From NCBI GenBank assembly GCA_031282235.1, contig JAITED010000130.1:1-27257 (forward strand): a stretch of 27,257 bases of DNA, written 5' to 3'. This DNA is from Propionibacteriaceae bacterium. GTDB lineage: Bacteria; Actinomycetota; Actinomycetes; Propionibacteriales; Propionibacteriaceae. A program made the translations under genes and the position numbers. Shown here in pieces: positions 21,613 to 27,257 of the stretch. The notes under the pieces were generated by a model. It ran no database searches and was not told the DNA's origin. It saw only the letters and a program-made list of their open reading frames with translations. Position 1 is the stretch's first letter, and each line of letters starts with the position of its first letter.

Positions 21613-21711
21613 ACCCCCGCCGACTTCGCCGGCACCCCCTTTGAAAAGGGGGCAACAAACGCACTAAAGCCCCCTTCTTGAAGGGGGTGGCAGGCGCAGC
21701 CTGACGGGGGT
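21613..21711. repeat. REPIN/BIME-like element: two inverted units of about 40 bp, each with internal hairpins
   Basis: Left unit ACCCCCGCCGACTTCGCCGGCACCCCCTTTGAAAAGGGGG (21613-21652). Reverse complement of the right unit (21670-21711) is ACCCCCGTCAGGCTGCGCCTGCCACCCCCTTCAAGAAGGGGG. 17-bp spacer. Confidence 0.8.
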
Positions 21712-21766
21712 ACGCTTCTCCGTCATGGCTAGCGCGGCGTGAACGCGGTGGGCGTGATTTGCGCGG

Positions 21767-22522
21767 GTGAACGAGGGGCAGAGTAACGTAAAGCCCGTGA
21801 GTGTAACTACGGAGGAGTATCTGGAGGAGTTGGCTGCGGCAGCAGCACCGCAGCAACCGCTGGCGTTGCCGTATCCGGATGAGGAGTGGATGGACACCGA
21901 TAAACCTCGGATGCGGGGCGTGCTGCACGCCGCCTGCACGTTGACGGCGCTGGCCGGGGGTTTGATGCTCATCTTTATGGCGCGCGGTGGGGCAGAGATT
22001 GCGGCGGCGGCGGTGTATATGGCATCCGCGCTGCTGCTCTTTGGGGTGAGCGCCGTTTACCACCTCGGCAACTGGAATAGGCGACAGGACAAGGTGCTGC
22101 AGCTGCTAGACCACTCCAACATCTTTGTGTTTATCGCTGGTACATACACCCCTATCGCCGTGGGCGTGTTGCACGGTGCCAGCATGATAGTGCTTATCAG
22201 CCTCATTTGGAGCATCGCTCTGCTGGGCGTGGGGTTGGGGATTTTCGCGTTGAAAACCCCGCGCTGGGTGCAGGCGGGTCTATACGTGGCGATGGGTTGG
22301 ATTGCTGTGGGTTGGCTTCCGGCGCTCTGGGTCGCTGCCGGGTTTGAGGTGCCGCTACTGCTGCTGCTGGGCGGTCTGGTCTATACGCTGGGAGCGGTGG
22401 TATACGCCAAGAAGCGCCCCGACCCGTCCCCGCGCTGGTTCGGCTACCACGAGGTGTTTCACGCCTGTACCGTGGTGGCCGCCGTGCTGCACTGGGTAGC
22501 TATCTATCTCTCCGTGCGTTAA
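21767..22522 (+). CDS. trhA: Hemolysin III / PAQR family membrane protein (TrhA)
   Basis: KPRMRGVLH, LFGVSAVYH, LDHSNIFVFIAGTYTP, GYHEVFH motifs. Exact start uncertain. Confidence 0.9.
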   Translation: MNEGQSNVKPVSVTTEEYLEELAAAAAPQQPLALPYPDEEWMDTDKPRMRGVLHAACTLTALAGGLMLIFMARGGAEIAAAAVYMASALLLFGVSAVYHLGNWNRRQDKVLQLLDHSNIFVFIAGTYTPIAVGVLHGASMIVLISLIWSIALLGVGLGIFALKTPRWVQAGLYVAMGWIAVGWLPALWVAAGFEVPLLLLLGGLVYTLGAVVYAKKRPDPSPRWFGYHEVFHACTVVAAVLHWVAIYLSVR

Positions 22523-22536
22523 GCAAGTTGAGCAGG

Positions 22537-23151
22537 TTAAGCAAACAACTCTGGCCAGGCTATGCCGAGTTCGGCCAGCAGTTGCCGCAACAGGGGTAGT
22601 GAGAGTCCGATTACGTTGTGCGGGTCGCCTGCGATGTGGGTGATGAATGGGCCGCCCAAACCGTCGATGGTGAACGAGCCCGCTACCTGCACCGGCTCGC
22701 CGGTGGCGGCGTACCAAGCTATCTCGGCATCGCTCATATCCGCGAAGTACACCGTTGTGGTAGCAGCCCGTATCCTCCGCGTCACCACTCCAGTAGCGTC
22801 TATCACCGCCACGAAATGCCCGGTGTAGAGGGTGCCGCTGCGCCCCCGCATCTCAGAGAGCCGCTCCAGCGCCGTAGCTTCGTCGCCCGGTTTGCCATAC
22901 GAACGCCCGTCCAACTCCAACATGGTATCGGCGGCCAACACTACCGTCGTATCGCCCGGTGCCTCAGCCAGCACTTTAGCCAGCGTCACTTCGCCTTTTA
23001 GCCGGGCGAGCTCGTTGACTAGGCTTTGGGTATCGGGGGCGGAAACCGTATCTTCATCCACTGCGGATATGACCACCTCCGGTGCGATGCCAGCGGAGCG
23101 CAAAACCGCAAGCCGAGCCGGTGAAGCCGACCCGAGTATTACTCGTATCAT
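22537..23151 (-). CDS. maf: Maf-family nucleoside triphosphate pyrophosphatase
   Basis: ILGSASPAR..L...G, VDE, LA..K, ADT, GKP, AGSFTIDG, GDPHNVIGL. Confidence 0.93.
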   Translation of the reverse strand: MIRVILGSASPARLAVLRSAGIAPEVVISAVDEDTVSAPDTQSLVNELARLKGEVTLAKVLAEAPGDTTVVLAADTMLELDGRSYGKPGDEATALERLSEMRGRSGTLYTGHFVAVIDATGVVTRRIRAATTTVYFADMSDAEIAWYAATGEPVQVAGSFTIDGLGGPFITHIAGDPHNVIGLSLPLLRQLLAELGIAWPELFA

Positions 23152-23155
23152 AGGT

Positions 23156-23809
23156 TCAGAACAGATTTCCGAGGATGTCTCCCAGCACGTTGCCGCTGCT
23201 GGATTTCTTGGTGCTTTGGGTGCTGCCGCCCAGAATGCCGCCCAATATACTGCCCAACAGCCCGCCGCCGCTATCCGCTGACTCTGACTCGTCCGCGCCG
23301 CCGCCCAGCAGCCCGCCGAGGAGTCCCCCTAGGCCGGTGTCATCGGTTTGCGTTGTAGCTTTCTTCTTTTTGGTGCTGGTGCTGCTAGTGGACGAACCGT
23401 CGCCGAACACCTTACTGGCAAGGTACGCCATCACCACCGGAGCCAGCATCGGCAGCAGTTTGGACAACAGCGACTGCTCGGTGCCGGTGGCGCTGGAGAG
23501 CGCCGAAGCCGCCTCATCAACATCGGTGCCGAGGGCGTGAGTCACAATTTTCTTGCCGTCACCCACGTCGATGGAGTCGATACTGATTTTCTTACCGCTA
23601 GCCACCGCTTTACCGGTTTCAGTGTGCTGTTGCAACGCTTTGGCTAGGCTGGCTTCGCCATCCGAGGTTGACGCGTTGGACTGCAAACCACTGAGCAGCG
23701 TCTGGATGGCTTGGGTGGACGCGGACTTCGCCTGCGTCTGACTGATGCCCAACTGTTCAGCGATACTGCTTAGGGGGAGAGACGAGAGAATGTCGTTGAT
23801 TTCGCTCAT
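23156..23809 (-). CDS. DUF937 domain protein
   Basis: I..QLG.......A....LL.GL..NA, I...DG.KIV.HALG, L.KLLPMLAPVVM.YL, and a Gly-rich GGLLGGLLGG tail. SD AGGAG. Confidence 0.82.
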   Translation of the reverse strand: MSEINDILSSLPLSSIAEQLGISQTQAKSASTQAIQTLLSGLQSNASTSDGEASLAKALQQHTETGKAVASGKKISIDSIDVGDGKKIVTHALGTDVDEAASALSSATGTEQSLLSKLLPMLAPVVMAYLASKVFGDGSSTSSTSTKKKKATTQTDDTGLGGLLGGLLGGGADESESADSGGGLLGSILGGILGGSTQSTKKSSSGNVLGDILGNLF

Positions 23810-23963
23810 GCGTTGCTCCTAGGGAGATAAGATGCGGGCATTCCGTCGCGCGCATACGCGTACAGTTTAGATGATTAATCTCGCCGTTTGGGCAAGTTAT
23901 CCACGGTTCCGTAGCTGTTTGAGCCGGTAGTTATGTACGTCTAATTCGTGGGAGAATAGGGGG

Positions 23964-24794
23964 ATGCGCATTGAATACGCCAAAGGGCATGGGGCACACA
24001 ACGATTTCGTGATTGTACCGGCGCTGGACGGCACGCCCGACCTCGCGCCTGATGAGGTGCGGCTGCTCTGCGACCGGCGCGCGGGAGTGGGTGCGGACGG
24101 GGTGCTGCGGGTGACGTATGGTCGTCAAATTGCCGATTGGCAAGGGGATCCTGACCTGCTGTTTATGGATTACCGCAACGCTGACGGTTCTCCCGCCGCG
24201 ACCTGTGGCAACGGATTACGGGTGTTCGCGCATTACGTTTTGGAACATGGTCTTGCGGTTGGGCCTGAGGTCACTATCGGCACCCGTGCTGGGCTATACA
24301 CCGCATGGAAGCTCGCAGATGGTCGCTATAAGGTGAATATCGGCAAAATTACAGTGGCGAACAGTGACACTTGGACGGGGTTGGACGAACGTCGCTTCAA
24401 GGCGATTGCGGTGAACGTTGGCAACCCGCACGCCGTGGCGTTGTTGCGCCCCACTGATTCGGTGGCGGCGCTTGACCTCAGCGAGGAGCCGGATTACGAC
24501 CGTGCTGTGTTCCCGCAGGGGGTCAACTGCGAGTTTGCCCGCGCCTTAGCTCCGGGTCTATTCGAGATGCGGGTGTACGAGCGCGGTGTGGGCGAAACTT
24601 TGGCCTGCGGTACGGGAGCGGTGGCCACCGCAGTCGCGTACGCTCATAGTGCAGGGCTGATCGGACAAGAGTTGAAACTCGCTTTCAATATGCTCGGGGG
24701 AAGGCTGGATATAGAGCTGAACGCTGATTCGCAGGCGTATCTCATCGGCCCAGCGGTGATTAACGCGCATGGAGTGTTTGAGGGTACGGAGTGA
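23964..24794 (+). CDS. dapF: Diaminopimelate epimerase
   Basis: KGHGAHNDF, GADG, NADGS...CGNG, VGNPH, N.EF, ERGVGETLACGTG (both catalytic Cys present). Confidence 0.95.
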   Translation: MRIEYAKGHGAHNDFVIVPALDGTPDLAPDEVRLLCDRRAGVGADGVLRVTYGRQIADWQGDPDLLFMDYRNADGSPAATCGNGLRVFAHYVLEHGLAVGPEVTIGTRAGLYTAWKLADGRYKVNIGKITVANSDTWTGLDERRFKAIAVNVGNPHAVALLRPTDSVAALDLSEEPDYDRAVFPQGVNCEFARALAPGLFEMRVYERGVGETLACGTGAVATAVAYAHSAGLIGQELKLAFNMLGGRLDIELNADSQAYLIGPAVINAHGVFEGTE

Positions 24795-26263
24795 GTATGG
24801 GTGATGATATTTTGGACGAGCTAGACGAACTATTAGATGACGAACCATTAGATGACGAACTGTTAGATTGGGACGCGCTTGATGCCAGCGACGGTGAACT
24901 AGACCTAGATGCGCGCAACTCGCTGCGCCGCGTGCCCGGGCTCTCCACCGAACTGAGCGACATCACCGAGGTCGAGTACCGGCAGCTACGGCTGGAGCGG
25001 GTGGTGCTGGTCGGCGTTTGGGCGAGTGGCACCGAGGAGGAGGCCGAAAACGCCATGCACGAGTTGGCGGCGTTGGCTGACAGCGCCGGGTCGCAGGTGT
25101 TGGACGCGTTCATTCAGCGCCGCAAGCGCCTAGACCCAGCCACTTACATCGGGCGCGGCAAGGTGGATGAGGTACGCGCTGCAGTGCGCGCCGCCGGTGC
25201 CGATACGGTAATCTGCGACGGCGAACTCACCCCAGCACAGTTGCGCAACCTAGAGGATCGCATCAAGGTAAAAGTGGTGGACCGTACCGCACTGATTCTG
25301 GACATCTTCGCGCAGCACGCCAAGAGCGCCGAGGGCAAAGCGCAGGTGGAGTTGGCGCAGTTGCAGTATTTCAAGCAGCGGCTACGCGGCTGGGGGGAGT
25401 CGCTTTCGCGTCAGGTCGGCGGGCGCGCCTCAGGAGGTGTCGGCATCGGCGGGCGCGGCCCCGGCGAGACCAAAATTGAGACCGACCGGCGCCGTATCCG
25501 CACCCGTATCTCACATTTGAAACGTAAATTACGTCAGCTGGATGCGCAACGTGCCTTGAAGCGGTCGGAACGGCAACGCAACCTAGTGCCATCAGTGGCC
25601 ATCGTCGGCTACACCAACGCCGGGAAATCTTCACTGCTCAACCGGCTCACCGCCGCCGGGGTGTTGGTGGAGGACGCGCTGTTCGCCACCCTAGACCCGA
25701 CCACTAAACGCGCCAAAACTGCGGACGGACGCGGCTATACGCTCACCGACACCGTGGGTTTTGTACGCCATCTGCCGCACGAGTTGGTGGAAGCGTTCGC
25801 GTCCACCTTGGAGGAAAGCGCCCAAGCAGACCTGTTGGTGCATGTGGTGGACGGCGCAGAGCGCGACCCATTGGGGCAGATTGCTGCGGTGCGGCAAGTG
25901 CTGCAAAACATCGGCGCCGCCGCCCTGCCCGAGATTCTGGTGGTCAACAAAATCGACGCCATCACCGCAGAGACGCTGCGCGACTTAAGCCGCGCCCTGC
26001 CGGATGCCCTGTTCATCTCCACGCTGAGCGGGGCGGGGTTGGATACACTGCGCGCCGCCATTGAAGCGGCACTGCCCGCCCCCGATGTGGAGGTGAATGT
26101 GGTGGTGCCGTGGGCGCGCGGCGATTTGGTGGATCGTATACACCGTAGTGGGAACATCATCAGCAGTGAGCATGTCGCCGCCGGGACGCTGATACGTGCC
26201 CGAGTTCACCCGGCGTTGGCTGCAGAACTGGACGCTGGGGCGCAGCCTGTAACGGTAGGCTAA
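24791..26263 (+). CDS. hflX: Ribosome-splitting GTPase HflX
   Basis: DPATYIGRGK, RTALILDIFAQHA.S.EGK.QVELAQ, GPGETKIE.DRR, GYTNAGKS, DALFATLDPT, DTVGF, NKID. Start is GTG 24791 or ATG 24797. Confidence 0.96.
   Translation: MSMGDDILDELDELLDDEPLDDELLDWDALDASDGELDLDARNSLRRVPGLSTELSDITEVEYRQLRLERVVLVGVWASGTEEEAENAMHELAALADSAGSQVLDAFIQRRKRLDPATYIGRGKVDEVRAAVRAAGADTVICDGELTPAQLRNLEDRIKVKVVDRTALILDIFAQHAKSAEGKAQVELAQLQYFKQRLRGWGESLSRQVGGRASGGVGIGGRGPGETKIETDRRRIRTRISHLKRKLRQLDAQRALKRSERQRNLVPSVAIVGYTNAGKSSLLNRLTAAGVLVEDALFATLDPTTKRAKTADGRGYTLTDTVGFVRHLPHELVEAFASTLEESAQADLLVHVVDGAERDPLGQIAAVRQVLQNIGAAALPEILVVNKIDAITAETLRDLSRALPDALFISTLSGAGLDTLRAAIEAALPAPDVEVNVVVPWARGDLVDRIHRSGNIISSEHVAAGTLIRARVHPALAAELDAGAQPVTVG
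24833..24860 (+). repeat. 13-bp direct repeat at 15-bp period (TTAGATGACGAAC) encoding LDDE(P/L)
   Basis: Copies at 24833-24845 and 24848-24860, with degenerate LDE units on either side. Confidence 0.8.
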
Positions 26264-26267
26264 GCGT

Positions 26268-27257
26268 ATGCCAACGCAACCCGTATCCGGTGGAGTGCAA
26301 CTCATCGAGAAATCACTGTGGGATGAGCGTGACAACGGGGCAGCGTTGACTCGGGCGTTGCAGGGAGTGGCACCCGCGATGGAGGTTGATGCGCGGCTGA
26401 GCGCCGATGGGGTGTTCCTCCTCTCGCACAGCGACACCACCGCTTCCGGGAAAAGCATCAGCAGTTCCACAGCCGCCGACTTGACCGGCCTGAGCGGATT
26501 AGCGGAGGCGTTGCCGTTGCGTGCGGCGCTTGAGGTGCTGGCTGCCCATCCCGACAAACACCTAGTGGTGGAGGTGAAAACGCTGGGGGAGTCGTCGGTG
26601 CAGGAGAATAATGCGGAGCGTTTGCGCGCTTTGGCGTTAGCTTCCGGGGTTGCGGAACGTATCACGATTTCGAGCCTTTCGCCCAGCATACTGCTGCTGG
26701 TGCATCGGGTGTGGCCTGAGGTGCCTTTGATACTCAACGCCGCTATCGTCCCGGTGTTCTCGTATCCCACCGGTTGGTTTGGGCGCCTAGTGGCGAAGCG
26801 TTTACGCGCTGGGCGCGGCTATCTTAAGCTCGGGTTCCGGCAGAAATACGTCGTGCTGGCGACTGGGGAGGGGGCGCTGACCCGCCCCAGAGTTCAGGGC
26901 GCCGATGGCGTGGACGGCGACGTATCGTATGCCCTAACTGAACTGCCAGAAGCGCTGTTGCAGGTGTTACGCGACCAAGCGGCGCGCGGGGTGCGCTTCG
27001 GCGGGGCGGTTTCGGTGGCGAGCGTGACCGCGTACTGCAATGGGCTGCGGCGCATAGTGTTTTTGCGCGGATACGCCGACCGCATCCACGCCCAGGCCAT
27101 CGCGGCGCTGCATCAGCGGGGGGTTAATGTACAGAGCACCACTTGGGGCGCTATCAATACGGAAACCCGGGTGGCTGACTGGCAACCTGTAACGCAACTG
27201 CGGCGCTTGTTGGCCGCTGGGTTCGGCAGAAACGATATGGTGTATACGCACGGCATT
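26268..27257 (+). CDS. Glycerophosphodiester phosphodiesterase (GDPD)-like protein, 3' end beyond the window
   Basis: My own translation gives 330 open codons from ATG 26268 with no stop (hence absent from the ORF track): MPTQPVSGGVQLIEKSLWDERDN...MEVDARLSADGVFLLSHSD...LVVEVK...RITISSLSP. Confidence 0.72.
   Translation, partial: MPTQPVSGGVQLIEKSLWDERDNGAALTRALQGVAPAMEVDARLSADGVFLLSHSDTTASGKSISSSTAADLTGLSGLAEALPLRAALEVLAAHPDKHLVVEVKTLGESSVQENNAERLRALALASGVAERITISSLSPSILLLVHRVWPEVPLILNAAIVPVFSYPTGWFGRLVAKRLRAGRGYLKLGFRQKYVVLATGEGALTRPRVQGADGVDGDVSYALTELPEALLQVLRDQAARGVRFGGAVSVASVTAYCNGLRRIVFLRGYADRIHAQAIAALHQRGVNVQSTTWGAINTETRVADWQPVTQLRRLLAAGFGRNDMVYTHGI

Overview
Actinobacterial chromosome segment of roughly 60% GC; the RpoB/RpoC/L7-L12 sequences look Propionibacteriaceae-like (inference). 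The core genes in order are: a DUF348/G5/lytic-transglycosylase cell-wall protein, sodA, an ABC-2 exporter pair, recQ, rplJ-rplL-rpoB-rpoC, a cis-prenyltransferase, a hemolysin-III/TrhA protein, maf, a DUF937 protein, dapF-hflX, and a GDPD-like ORF running off the right edge that is absent from the ORF track. The accessory block between recQ and rplJ (about 6370-11500) has two parts. The first is a low-GC Rpn/PD-(D/E)XK 'putative transposase' nuclease gene bracketed by an exact 15-bp direct repeat, with a strong in-frame internal start consistent with an intragenic RpnS antitoxin. The second is a four-gene lipoprotein / PG-binding adaptor / MacB-type ABC cassette, preceded by a near-consensus promoter and an 18-codon Cys-rich upstream ORF. 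Non-coding structure includes two REP-like palindromic elements, an L10 leader, and two hairpins whose 3' arm is tandemly duplicated (after rplL and after rpoC). RNAP carries several non-canonical residues around the bridge-helix cap. No rRNA, tRNA, CRISPR array, integrase or classical IS was found. All coordinates, counts and alignments were done by eye.
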